64,000 nucleotides of DNA. Origin: Candidatus Woesearchaeota archaeon (lineage in GTDB: Archaea > Nanobdellota > Nanobdellia > Woesearchaeales > UBA10216). This document shows, one piece after another, positions 9,279 to 17,840 of this stretch. The DNA lies in the NCBI GenBank assembly GCA_016180195.1, contig JACPBS010000004.1, forward strand, positions 17,485 to 81,484, in the 5' to 3' direction. A program made the position numbers and the translations under genes. Positions within the stretch are counted from its first letter, which is position 1. The number at the start of each line of letters is the position of its first letter. Under the pieces are notes generated by a model. The model worked only from the letters and a program-made list of their open reading frames with translations, was not told the origin of the DNA and did not search any database.

Positions 9279-10466
9279 ATGTCTGATCTTGTCATGCATT
9301 CTTTTGAGGCTGGAAGGAGAGGGAAGCCTGATGAGCTGGAAAGCCAGCTGGCAAACCTTATAGGCGCCTATTTCCTGGAAATAGATAACAATTCAAGGTT
9401 TGACTTGAGGGTTTGCGGAGGAATTTCCAATTCCCGTCCTGTTGTCCGTGTTTCAGGCGAGGTTACCGAGTCGCTAATTAGACCTGGGCTAAAAGAAGAC
9501 TTGACAGGGATTATTGCAGCCCATTACAACAAAATCCATCTGACACGGCATGATCCCGAATTTTTCGTTTTAGAAACCAGTTTGGTGAAGCCGCAGTCTT
9601 TTAAGCTGCATTCAAATGGCCACGCAGGTGATTCTGGCAATCCTATTGCAGCTGCTTATTCAGACTCTCCATTAAACCTTCCGTGGGAAAGGTATTTAGC
9701 AGTTTCAATCAGGAATATTATTGATGATATATTCCAGGGTGGTGGCAATATACCGGAATACGTCAAAACTACTTCAGGCAGGTCTATTGAAGGCTTGCTT
9801 GCAGACGGAAAGGTGGGAGTTGATGTGATTTATGAAGGGGCTAAAATAAGAGGTGTTAATGGGATTACAATAGCTGTTCAGCATGAGGAACATTTGAAAA
9901 TAAGTGATCTAAGGAAAAAGCTTGAAAACGTCGTATTCAGCTATTTGAATCTTTTGGGAGATGCATATAAGGTCGATTTTGGGGTGCCTTCTGTTGTAAT
10001 CAACGGGCTTGGTGATTGGAATGTCGGGGGCTGGCAGGTTGATGAGGGCAGCAGGGAGGCAAAGCCATATAGGGACGGATTTGCCAGTTATGGGGTTGTC
10101 GAGGACTCCTTTACCGGGGAGGATCCGAGCAAGCCTTCAGGGACAGGCACCATTATAGCGTGGAATATAGCCAGGCAAATCATGAAAAATGGCTTAGCCG
10201 ATTTCGCAAGAGTTATGCTTGGTTATAGGATTGGGCGTGAGGATGTCATTGTCAATGTTTATACGGGCAATTCAGCCAAGATCTCCCAGGATTCGATTCA
10301 CGAGTGGGTAAATGATAATTTTCAGCTTCGATTGTCTGATGCTGTCCGTGTTTTCGGAATGAAAAGCCCGGAAATTTACAGAAGCATTGCTGAAGCATCG
10401 GATTATTTCCATTCGAGAAGTTTCCCTTGGAACAGGTATTCTTTGGAACGCCGATTAACAGGCTAG
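9279..10466 (+). CDS. S-adenosylmethionine synthetase, archaeal type
   Basis: 395 aa. By recollection, local similarity to archaeal MAT blocks: [14 protein letters not shown] vs [39 protein letters not shown] vs [37 protein letters not shown] vs GKIYNILANLIA. Confidence 0.55.
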   Translation: [395 protein letters not shown]

Positions 10467-10598
10467 ATTTTTCTCGACAGGAAATGATTTTCCGCAGTAC
10501 ACGCATTCCTTTCTTTTTCCCTTCGATTTTTGGTCAGTTGCCTTGTACTTCATCCTGTTTAGGCAATGCGGGCACTTGAGGGTTATTGGGCTGTTCAT
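10455..10598 (-). CDS. Candidate small zinc-ribbon protein (47 aa)
   Basis: MNSPITLKCPHCLNRMKYKATDQKSKGKRKECVYCGKSF has CPHC...CVYC. Taken from the internal Met of the 92-aa ORF at 10455..10733. Overlaps scpB 3' end in another frame. Confidence 0.3.
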   Translation of the reverse strand: MNSPITLKCPHCLNRMKYKATDQKSKGKRKECVYCGKSFPVEKNLAC

Positions 10599-11163
10599 TT
10601 TTGTTCTCAGTCTCGCCAGGCGCGCTATCCTGAACGGTTTCTTGGGTTTGTTGCTGGCTTGGCTTGATTTTTTCGTTGAACTTCCTGAACTTGTCCTTGA
10701 CTTCCTGCTCGTTATGGACATCGAAATAGTCATAGAACCGCTGAGTGAGCTTTATCAGCTGGGTTCTTCCATGTTTTTCCCTTGAGATGAACCCTGCTTT
10801 CTCAAGTTCGCCCATGTGGTCGTATGCCTTGTTTGTCCTTATCTTTATTATGTCCGACTGCAGGACCGGGGCTTTCCATGCTATAGCCGCAAGCGTCTCA
10901 ATCATTGTTTTTGTTAGCTCTGTATGGGGCACTATTTTCCGCACGATGGGAGAGAAATGTTCCCGGACCATGAATTTCCAGAATTCGCCCTCATCCATTA
11001 CAGCAAGGGATGAATCCTTCTCAGCGTATTCCTTCTTCAGGGCTGCAAGGGCCTCAAGCGCCTCTTCCCTGCTTGCCTTGCATAGCTTCGCTATGTGGTC
11101 CAACGCTATCTTCTTCCCGGTCGAGAAAAGGATCGCCTCAACCTTGTTTTTAAGCAGTTGCAT
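10534..11163 (-). CDS. scpB: Segregation and condensation protein B-like (ScpB), low-complexity acidic/Q-rich tail
   Basis: 209 aa. N-terminal winged-helix block VEAILFSTGKKIALDHIAKL...EALEAL typical of ScpB. Confidence 0.55.
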   Translation of the reverse strand: MQLLKNKVEAILFSTGKKIALDHIAKLCKASREEALEALAALKKEYAEKDSSLAVMDEGEFWKFMVREHFSPIVRKIVPHTELTKTMIETLAAIAWKAPVLQSDIIKIRTNKAYDHMGELEKAGFISREKHGRTQLIKLTQRFYDYFDVHNEQEVKDKFRKFNEKIKPSQQQTQETVQDSAPGETENKNEQPNNPQVPALPKQDEVQGN

Positions 11164-11731
11164 TTTTTAGCGCGTAATTGTCCCCTGACTTTGTCAGAAT
11201 GTTCTCCTGGACGTACTTGTCAAGGAATGGCCTTAGCTGGTCAGGCACTATTCCGACTGACATTGAAATGAGGTCAATGGACTTTTCGCCTTCCCTTAAT
11301 GTAAAGGTTAGGGCGATTTTCAGAAGGTTATTGGCATTCCTTTCCAGGATCATGTTGGATGCATTCGAATTTTTCAGCTTGCTGTCTGTTTCATGGAGCA
11401 TTAATAGTAGATCATTGAAGAATGATGTCAGGTCATTCTGTTCCATTATGATCTGTTCCGGGTCAATGAATTCGATTGATGATGGCATGTAATTGAAGCA
11501 GAAGTTAAGTATGGACTCATAATCATTGAATTCTGCCTCGATTTCCGAGAATGTGTTGAATATGCCTGAATTTTCCTTGGCATTGTGCATCTTGCAGTGC
11601 CTGATATTAATTCCGTCCTCTTCACGGAGTTTTTTTACCACAAGCGCCATTGTCTTCTCAACATAATCCTTCGGCTTCCCCGCTATCTCTATTATCGCCC
11701 TTGAGGATAATTTTATCCTTTTTTTTCCCAT
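11150..11731 (-). CDS. Hypothetical protein, upstream partner of scpB (operon position of ScpA/kleisin but not recognisably ScpA)
   Basis: 193 aa. No recognisable motifs. 14-nt overlap with scpB start. Confidence 0.35.
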   Translation of the reverse strand: MGKKRIKLSSRAIIEIAGKPKDYVEKTMALVVKKLREEDGINIRHCKMHNAKENSGIFNTFSEIEAEFNDYESILNFCFNYMPSSIEFIDPEQIIMEQNDLTSFFNDLLLMLHETDSKLKNSNASNMILERNANNLLKIALTFTLREGEKSIDLISMSVGIVPDQLRPFLDKYVQENILTKSGDNYALKNATA

Positions 11732-11803
11732 ATGTTTTGTTTAGGAAACATGTTTAAAAAATTTATGCAATAAGTTTATAATTCCAGTCGAAAGGCTGTT
11801 TTA

Positions 11804-12184
11804 ATGGAAGGCGTTTTCGGGAAGGCAACTCTTAAGGATGTCGCTGCAATAGGCAGGATGACCGGGAACCCGGAGCAGGAAGTATTTAGCTCAATTAGGG
11901 ATTATTTTGTCGCAAAAGTGTCAGGAAGTGTTGTTGGCTGCATCGCCGTCCGTTTCCTGGAGAAGGACACGGCTGAGATAAGGGATCTTTTCGTAATGGA
12001 GCGGAATAGGAACTGCGGCATAGGTTCCAGGCTCTTGGAGCTGGCTTTGTTCGAGTCAAGGACCATGGGGGCGGACCAGGCGGTTATTGCCGTTGATGAG
12101 CCCGGATTTTTTCTTGGGAAGGGTTTCGTGAAAAAGGATGGCAGCATCAGCTTCGATCTTTCCAGGGTTGATTACCCTTTCTAG
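11804..12184 (+). CDS. GNAT family N-acetyltransferase
   Basis: 126 aa. Acetyl-CoA binding motif RNRNCGIGSRLLE (Q/RxxGxG/A). Confidence 0.7.
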   Translation: MEGVFGKATLKDVAAIGRMTGNPEQEVFSSIRDYFVAKVSGSVVGCIAVRFLEKDTAEIRDLFVMERNRNCGIGSRLLELALFESRTMGADQAVIAVDEPGFFLGKGFVKKDGSISFDLSRVDYPF

Positions 12185-12186
12185 TG

Positions 12187-12819
12187 TTATTGTTTAAGGG
12201 CTTCCAGGGCTTTTGCCGCATCCTTCTCATTCACGACAAAAAGGGTGTCAGTCCAGCAACTCATGCTCTCCACTATATTTATCCCCCTGTCGCCAAATAC
12301 CGAATATAGGTATGCTATCACGCCGGGTGTCTCCTCTATTTCCTGAGGGCTTTTCACTATTATTTGCGTGAGGCCGTTGTTTATTTTGATTATTTCCCTG
12401 CTGAATTGCTTCTTTATGGTTTCAAGGAATTCCGATCCGGTTATTATCGTGACTGTATTCGCCCCTTCTATTATGTGTAATGTTTCCCTTTTCTTTTTTA
12501 TCTCCTTTTCAAGGTCTATCAGGCTGTTATGGTAAAGCCCTTTTTCCATTACAACCGCCATTATCCTGTCTTTTATCTCGATTTTGCTGTTTTTCAGTAT
12601 GTTGATTATCGCTTTTTCCTGCCCTGCCTCTCCCTTCTTTTTAGCAGCATACCTTCTGCATGCTATCAGTATCGCATCAAATTTTTTTATACCCAAATCG
12701 TGGCCAATTTGCCTGGACAGCGCAGAATAGTTTACCAAACCTTTTCTGATGCAGTCCCTGATGCTTGGCCTTTCACAGATGTATTTCTCGGTTAATTTTG
12801 TTATGTTCATAGCTACCAC
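12187..12819 (-). CDS. Putative regulator with N-terminal HTH and C-terminal ACT domain (COG2150-like)
   Basis: 210 aa. C-terminal PGVIAYLYSVFGDRGINIVESMSC is an ACT-like ligand-binding fold. Confidence 0.4.
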   Translation of the reverse strand: MVAMNITKLTEKYICERPSIRDCIRKGLVNYSALSRQIGHDLGIKKFDAILIACRRYAAKKKGEAGQEKAIINILKNSKIEIKDRIMAVVMEKGLYHNSLIDLEKEIKKKRETLHIIEGANTVTIITGSEFLETIKKQFSREIIKINNGLTQIIVKSPQEIEETPGVIAYLYSVFGDRGINIVESMSCWTDTLFVVNEKDAAKALEALKQ

Positions 12820-12847
12820 CGCAACAACTAACCAACAGCTATATAAT

Positions 12848-12892
12848 TGTTTTGTTTAGGACATTTTTGTCTATTTTGTCCTGTTTCAGGTA
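12848..12892 (+). repeat. 45-bp direct repeat, copy 1 (upstream of PIN/UPF0175 cassette), contains inverted repeat AGGACA-N13-TGTCCT
   Basis: attgttttgtttaggacatttttgtctattttgtcctgtttcagg. Its 42/45-identical partner is at 13819..13863. Confidence 0.85.
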
Positions 12893-12981
12893 ATCGGTTC
12901 CTCCAATGGAACAGAATGGAACCTTTGGTACGCCAACGGATGAAAATAAGGTTTCAGGTACTTTGGAGGATCTTGTAGTGT

Positions 12982-13539
12982 ATGCACAAAAAATTGTTTA
13001 AGAAACATTTTTATATTACAAAAGTACATCATTGTATTACATTGAAAAAGGCATTGGTTTTTGACACATCAACACTCATATTGCTGGCAAAAGCAACTAT
13101 TTTAAGGAATTTTGCAGGCTTCAATAGAATCACAATAACAAAAGAAATTATTTCGGAGGTCTTTTCAAAAGAAGGAGCAGAGGATGCAAAGATCATAAAA
13201 AAGCTTATTGCGGAAGGCCGGATAATTGAGGACATTGCCCCGGATACGGATTTAGGAATTGATTTCATGTTAGGGGAAGGTGAAGCCAAAGCCCTGAGCT
13301 TTGCTTTGAAAAGAAAAATCATATTGGCAACTGATGATTTGCGGGCAATTAGGGCATGCAAAGTGCTTGATGTAAGGTTTATTACCGCAATTCATTGCCT
13401 TATATCACTTTACAACAACAAAGCAATCGATCAGAGATTGGCTCTTGAGAAGTTGAAGACACTTGAAAAATACGGCAGGTATTCGGCTTCGATAATAAGG
13501 GACGCAAGAAGGATAATCGAAGGTGGAAAAAATGGCTGA
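12982..13539 (+). CDS. PIN-like nuclease domain protein (DUF3368-type), toxin-like partner of UPF0175
   Basis: 185 aa from ATG 12982. Alternative TTG at 13042 gives MKKALVFDTSTLILLAK, a typical PIN N-terminus. Conserved acidic residues D(27)/E/D(ATDD). Confidence 0.55.
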   Translation: MHKKLFKKHFYITKVHHCITLKKALVFDTSTLILLAKATILRNFAGFNRITITKEIISEVFSKEGAEDAKIIKKLIAEGRIIEDIAPDTDLGIDFMLGEGEAKALSFALKRKIILATDDLRAIRACKVLDVRFITAIHCLISLYNNKAIDQRLALEKLKTLEKYGRYSASIIRDARRIIEGGKNG

Positions 13540-13816
13540 TGTGGTAAGTTTCAGGTTTAAAAGTCACGAGCTTGAGCACATAAATAAGCTATCGGCAGCA
13601 AGAAAAACAGATAAGACGACTGCTGCAAGGGAGCTTATAGAATACGGCTGGATATACTATGTTATTCAGCAATACAAGGAAGGGAAGCTCTCATTGGAAA
13701 GAACGGCAAAGGAGCTGCATATTTCAGTCGGAGAGCTGATTGATTTGCTTGCAGATTTCGGGATAAAATCGCCAATTGCTTTTGAGGATTATCTTGAAGG
13801 TCTGAAGAACATTTGA
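13523..13816 (+). CDS. UPF0175 family antitoxin-like protein
   Basis: 97 aa. C-terminal KLSLERTAKELHISVGELIDLLADFGI matches the UPF0175 signature SLGKAAELAG.S...F...L...GI. Overlaps PIN gene by 17 nt. Confidence 0.6.
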   Translation: MEKMADVVSFRFKSHELEHINKLSAARKTDKTTAARELIEYGWIYYVIQQYKEGKLSLERTAKELHISVGELIDLLADFGIKSPIAFEDYLEGLKNI

Positions 13817-13818
13817 TT

Positions 13819-13863
13819 ATTGTTCTATTTAGGACATTTTTGTCTATTTTGTCCTGTTTCGGG
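13819..13863 (+). repeat. 45-bp direct repeat, copy 2 (2 nt after UPF0175 stop; promoter region of next gene)
   Basis: attgttctatttaggacatttttgtctattttgtcctgtttcggg. Confidence 0.85.
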
Positions 13864-13900
13864 CGATACGCTTTTAAGCACCTATCTAATCCAGAGAAAA

Positions 13901-14476
13901 ATGAAAGCAACCGGAGGATGGGTATACGGGCCAGCTACACGTGAGAGCTGTCAGTACAGGGGCAAGCTCGTGAAGGGTTACGGTTTTGGTAAGGGAGGAC
14001 TAGAGGTATTCGTCTCCGCTAATGAATACGCCCAGGCTGATGGGATTCTCGGATATGTTTACGGTCTAATCCTCAACGAATCAGTTATTGGAGATTCAGG
14101 CAAAAAATGGCAGGTCATGTACTCCGAGCAGTTTAAAACGATCGAGGCAATTCCTAAATCAGACCCGTTTGGTTTTCGAAAAGAGGGGGAAATTTATGGA
14201 AATGCAAGCCTTTCACCCGAGAAATGCTACGGCACCGGGAGCTATCCGTATGGTGGCCCTTATGCATCTCAAGGCGAACTTGAAGATCTTTTGTGGCTGA
14301 GGGATAATTTCCCTGGCTTGCCTATTCCAGAATATGTTGCCAAGGATATGCACAGGTGCTTTTCTAAAGCAATCGAATCCCTCGTCTTCGCCAAAAGCAT
14401 AAAGGTAGTTCGTCTTCCAAAGTTCATGGATGCGGCCATGCTTGATCCATCAGGCATTAAGATATCCTCGAATTAG
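13901..14476 (+). CDS. Hypothetical protein
   Basis: About 191 aa from internal Met (MKATGGWVYGP...). The ORF track start at 13820 would run through the repeat. Gly/aromatic-rich, no recognised motif. Confidence 0.4.
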   Translation: MKATGGWVYGPATRESCQYRGKLVKGYGFGKGGLEVFVSANEYAQADGILGYVYGLILNESVIGDSGKKWQVMYSEQFKTIEAIPKSDPFGFRKEGEIYGNASLSPEKCYGTGSYPYGGPYASQGELEDLLWLRDNFPGLPIPEYVAKDMHRCFSKAIESLVFAKSIKVVRLPKFMDAAMLDPSGIKISSN

Positions 14477-14484
14477 GTGTAAAA

Positions 14485-14988
14485 ATGATATCATTCAGGA
14501 AAGCCAACCAAGGGGATGCAAGGGCAATATGCAGCCTGATTTCCTCTTACCAGTTCAACAGAGATGGAACTGGAAGCCTTATCAGCATGCATGAGGCAGG
14601 GATTGTTGCTGTGATTGGGCAAAGCGGTGTTTTTGTTGTTGCTGAAAATGGAGAAGGTATAGTTGGTTGTTGTTCAATAGTTGAATATCCTATCAACGGA
14701 GAACGGTCTGCAGAAGTAAGGTCTCTTTCAGTTAGGAAGGAGTTCCAGTTGCAGGGTATTGGCAGTAAACTTGTGGGTTTATGCAAAGTTGAGGCTGAAA
14801 GTATGGGTATATCTGCTTTATACGCTCTGGTTCAACCTGAAAGACTCGAATTTTTCACAAAGCAGGGATTTGACCATGTTTATTTTCCCCAAGAAAAGAT
14901 CTGGAGGGATTGCTATAGGTGCCCTCGATATGGAAACAATTGCAACGAAATTCCTTTGGTCAATATAAATGGGGTGAATCAGAAATGA
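14485..14988 (+). CDS. GNAT N-acetyltransferase with C-terminal Cys cluster; possible short-form amino-acid (glutamate) N-acetyltransferase given arg context
   Basis: 167 aa. Motif A QLQGIGSKLV. C-terminal CYRCPRYGNNC. Stop overlaps argG start (ATGA). Confidence 0.55.
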   Translation: MISFRKANQGDARAICSLISSYQFNRDGTGSLISMHEAGIVAVIGQSGVFVVAENGEGIVGCCSIVEYPINGERSAEVRSLSVRKEFQLQGIGSKLVGLCKVEAESMGISALYALVQPERLEFFTKQGFDHVYFPQEKIWRDCYRCPRYGNNCNEIPLVNINGVNQK

Positions 14989-16229
14989 ATGATTACAAGA
15001 AGGTTGCATCTTTTGAAGCGGAAAAAGGCAAGGTAAAGAAGGTTGTGCTGCTTTATTCGGGCGGCCTTGACACTTCTGTGATGCTCAAGTGGATTCAGGA
15101 TGAGTATAAAGCAGAAGTTATAGCACTTACTGTTGACCTTGGCCAGCAGGCTGAGGATTTGAATGCAATACGGGAGAAGGCTTTGAAGCTTGGTGCGAAA
15201 AAAGCTCATGTTATTGATGCCAAGGACGAATTTGCAGATAGCTATATTGCTAAAGGAATTAAGGCAAATTCTTCTTATCAGGGCGCATATCACCTTGCAA
15301 CTGCAATTGGCAGGCCTTTGCTTGCAAAGATTGCTGTTGAGATTGCTGAAAAGGAAGGGGCAGACACAATTGCGCATGGCTGCACAGGAAAGGGCAACGA
15401 CCAGGTAAGGATTGATGCAACTGCAATCACTTTGAACCCGAAAATCAAGATACTTGCACCTGTCAGGGAATGGGCTATGGGAAGGGATGAGGAGATTGAA
15501 TATGCAAAAAAGAACAACATCCCCGTTCCAGTTACTAAGGAAAAGCCTTACAGCTATGATGAGAACATGTGGGGCTCAAGCGCAGAATCCGGGGAGATTG
15601 AGGAGCCTGATGTGATTCCTCCACTAAACAAGATCTTGAAGATTTGCAATCTTCCTGAAAATGCTCCGGACAGCCCTGAGTACGTTAAGCTGGGTTTTGA
15701 AAAGGGGATTCCCGTCTTGCTGAATGGGAAAAAAATGAAGCTTTCACTGCTTATTGATGCGTTGGCTAGGATCGGTGCAAACCATGGCATCGGGATCAGC
15801 TACCATATTGAGGACCGTGTTGTTGGCCTGAAAAACCGTGACCTGTATGAAATGCCTTCTGCAACAATAATAATTGCAGCCCATAAAAATCTGGAGAAAT
15901 ACGTCTGCACAAGGCAGGAAAACGAGTTCAAGACCCTTGTTGATGAGAAATGGGCCTATCTTTGCTATGGCGGGTTATGGCTTGAGCCTTTGATGAATGA
16001 ATTGAATGCTTTCTGTGACAAGGTTAATGAAAAGGTGAATGGAACGGTGACTGTGAAGCTCTTCAAGGGCAAGGTTGACGTTGTTGCTATTGAGTCTGAT
16101 TTCGCATTGTACGACAAGAAGCTGGTCACTTTCATGAAAGACCGCACATTCAACCAGAATGCAAGTGCAGGATTCATTGAGCTCTGGAGCCTTCAGATGA
16201 AGCTGGCAAACCAGGTGAAGAAGAAATGA
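14985..16229 (+). CDS. argG: Argininosuccinate synthase
   Basis: Start taken at internal ATG 14985 (MNDYKKVASFEAEKGKVKKVVLLYSGGLDTSV: PP-loop SGGLDTS). Conserved argG blocks throughout. Confidence 0.9.
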   Translation: MNDYKKVASFEAEKGKVKKVVLLYSGGLDTSVMLKWIQDEYKAEVIALTVDLGQQAEDLNAIREKALKLGAKKAHVIDAKDEFADSYIAKGIKANSSYQGAYHLATAIGRPLLAKIAVEIAEKEGADTIAHGCTGKGNDQVRIDATAITLNPKIKILAPVREWAMGRDEEIEYAKKNNIPVPVTKEKPYSYDENMWGSSAESGEIEEPDVIPPLNKILKICNLPENAPDSPEYVKLGFEKGIPVLLNGKKMKLSLLIDALARIGANHGIGISYHIEDRVVGLKNRDLYEMPSATIIIAAHKNLEKYVCTRQENEFKTLVDEKWAYLCYGGLWLEPLMNELNAFCDKVNEKVNGTVTVKLFKGKVDVVAIESDFALYDKKLVTFMKDRTFNQNASAGFIELWSLQMKLANQVKKK

Positions 16230-16522
16230 CAGGGATAGGATTGACAGTGATGGAATTGGCTGATATGCTGTTTTATTCAGCCGAAAAAGGGAATTTGCCG
16301 AGGAGTGACTTGGATATTTTGATATTAAATCCTTCAATTGCCGAATCAGTCATGGCTAGAATTTCAAATGGTTATGAGGTTGAAAGGATAATTGAAAGCC
16401 ATTGCCAGACTTATAATGCTGGATCTCCTGAATATAATCTGATGGTACAGAAAGCTGCAGTGGATGCTTTGTATAGCCTCAATAAAGCCTATAGAGATCA
16501 TAGCCAAATTAATTCATTTTAA
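16226..16522 (+). CDS. Hypothetical small protein between argG and argH
   Basis: 98 aa. Overlaps argG stop by 4 nt. No recognisable domain. Confidence 0.3.
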   Translation: MTGIGLTVMELADMLFYSAEKGNLPRSDLDILILNPSIAESVMARISNGYEVERIIESHCQTYNAGSPEYNLMVQKAAVDALYSLNKAYRDHSQINSF

Positions 16523-16572
16523 AGGGATAGATTTATATCGGCAACTGTTAAGGAAGGAAAAGGTGATTCGCT

Positions 16573-17745
16573 ATCAAGCTTTGGAAAAAGGAAGGGCCTG
16601 ATATCAACAGGGAGATTGAGAAGTTCTGTGTTGGGAACGAGCACTTAATAGATCAAAAGCTGGTGAAATATGACTGCATTGCCAGCATTGCTCACGCAAG
16701 GATGCTTAACAAGATGGGGGTTTTGAGCAGCACCGAGCTAAGGCAGCTTATTTTTGCATTGGAGGAGATCATCAGTCTGGATAATGAAGGGAAATTTTCC
16801 ATAGCTATTGAGCAGGAGGACTGCCACACGGCAATTGAGAATTATCTTACTGGAAAGCTGGGGGATGCTGGAAAGAAGATCCATGCGTGCAGGTCAAGGA
16901 ATGATCAGGTTATTGCAGCATTAAGGCTTTATGAGAAGGAAGAGTTGAGAGAGGTTGGGAAACTTGTACGGAATTTAATTTCGGCAATTACGAACTTTAG
17001 CAGCCGAAACTCAGGGATTCCACTCCCAGGCTACACTCATTTGAGGAAGGCGATGCCTTATTCTATTGGAAGGTGGGCTGAGTCATTCTCAGAGTCTTTG
17101 CAGGATGATATCTTGCTGCTGGATTCTGTTTCAATGCTGATCGATCAGAATCCCTTAGGCAGTGCTGCTGGCTTCGGGGTTCCAATTTTTAAAGTTGACA
17201 GGGAATTCACTGCAAGGCAGCTTAAGTTTGGCAGGGTTCAAAAGAACACTCTGTACGTTCAGAATAGCAGGGGAAAGTTTGAGCTTGCAATTTTGGATGC
17301 CCTCAATCAAGTAATGCTGGATATTAACAAGCTTGCCACAGATATGTGGCTCTTTACTTCTGCAGAATTTGGGTTTATTGAGCTTCCCAAGGAATTCTCA
17401 ATGGGCAGTTCGATAATGCCCCAGAAAGTAAATCCCGACGTGGTTGAGCTTCTGAGGGCAAAGGCAGGCGTGATGAAAGGGCATAGGGACAGCATCAATA
17501 GCATGATCCTGAACCTTCCTTCAGGATATAACGGCGATTTCAAGCTCACAAAGCAGCCTTTGATTGAGGGGTTTGAGCTGGCAAAGTCCTGCATCAGCAT
17601 AATGACTTTGGTGATCGGGGGCTTGAAGGTGAACGAGGGAAGATGCAAGGCCGCAATGACGCCTGAATTGTTTGCAACTGAAAAGGCTCTGGAGCTTGTT
17701 AAGAAGGGAGTTCCTTTTAGGGATGCTTACAGGAAAATGGGTTAG
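16573..17745 (+). CDS. argH: Argininosuccinate lyase; conserved N-terminus lacks a canonical start codon
   Basis: ORF track begins at GTG 16663, but the in-frame upstream translation IKLWKKEGPDINREIEKFCVGNEHLIDQKLVKYDCIASIAHARML matches the ArgH N-terminus (MKLWGGRF...SIAHA.ML). Signature HACRSRNDQVIAALRL is present. An in-frame TGA sits at 16564, and the only codon at the Met position is ATC (16573). Confidence 0.8.
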   Translation: MKLWKKEGPDINREIEKFCVGNEHLIDQKLVKYDCIASIAHARMLNKMGVLSSTELRQLIFALEEIISLDNEGKFSIAIEQEDCHTAIENYLTGKLGDAGKKIHACRSRNDQVIAALRLYEKEELREVGKLVRNLISAITNFSSRNSGIPLPGYTHLRKAMPYSIGRWAESFSESLQDDILLLDSVSMLIDQNPLGSAAGFGVPIFKVDREFTARQLKFGRVQKNTLYVQNSRGKFELAILDALNQVMLDINKLATDMWLFTSAEFGFIELPKEFSMGSSIMPQKVNPDVVELLRAKAGVMKGHRDSINSMILNLPSGYNGDFKLTKQPLIEGFELAKSCISIMTLVIGGLKVNEGRCKAAMTPELFATEKALELVKKGVPFRDAYRKMG

Positions 17746-17840
17746 GCTGTTATTTCTTTTAATGAAACTTTTTTTAGGTCCTGGCAAAAATTATCGATTT
17801 TTTCAGGATTGAAATTCCTGGAATAAAAACTTCAATAAAA

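Noticed and set aside
11150-11731. Annotating the gene upstream of scpB as scpA
   Set aside because: The operon position fits, but the sequence shows none of the ScpA/kleisin N- or C-terminal winged-helix signatures. It is left as hypothetical.
14919-14984. Upstream start for argG (14919) and long upstream starts for purA (36267), purH-N (37594), purQ (52296), alkD-like (34858), purF (40334)
   Set aside because: In each case the extension overlaps the preceding gene or a repeat and lacks homology. Internal starts reproduce canonical N-termini (SGGLDTS P-loop context, GDEGKGK, N-terminal Cys of PurF, etc.).
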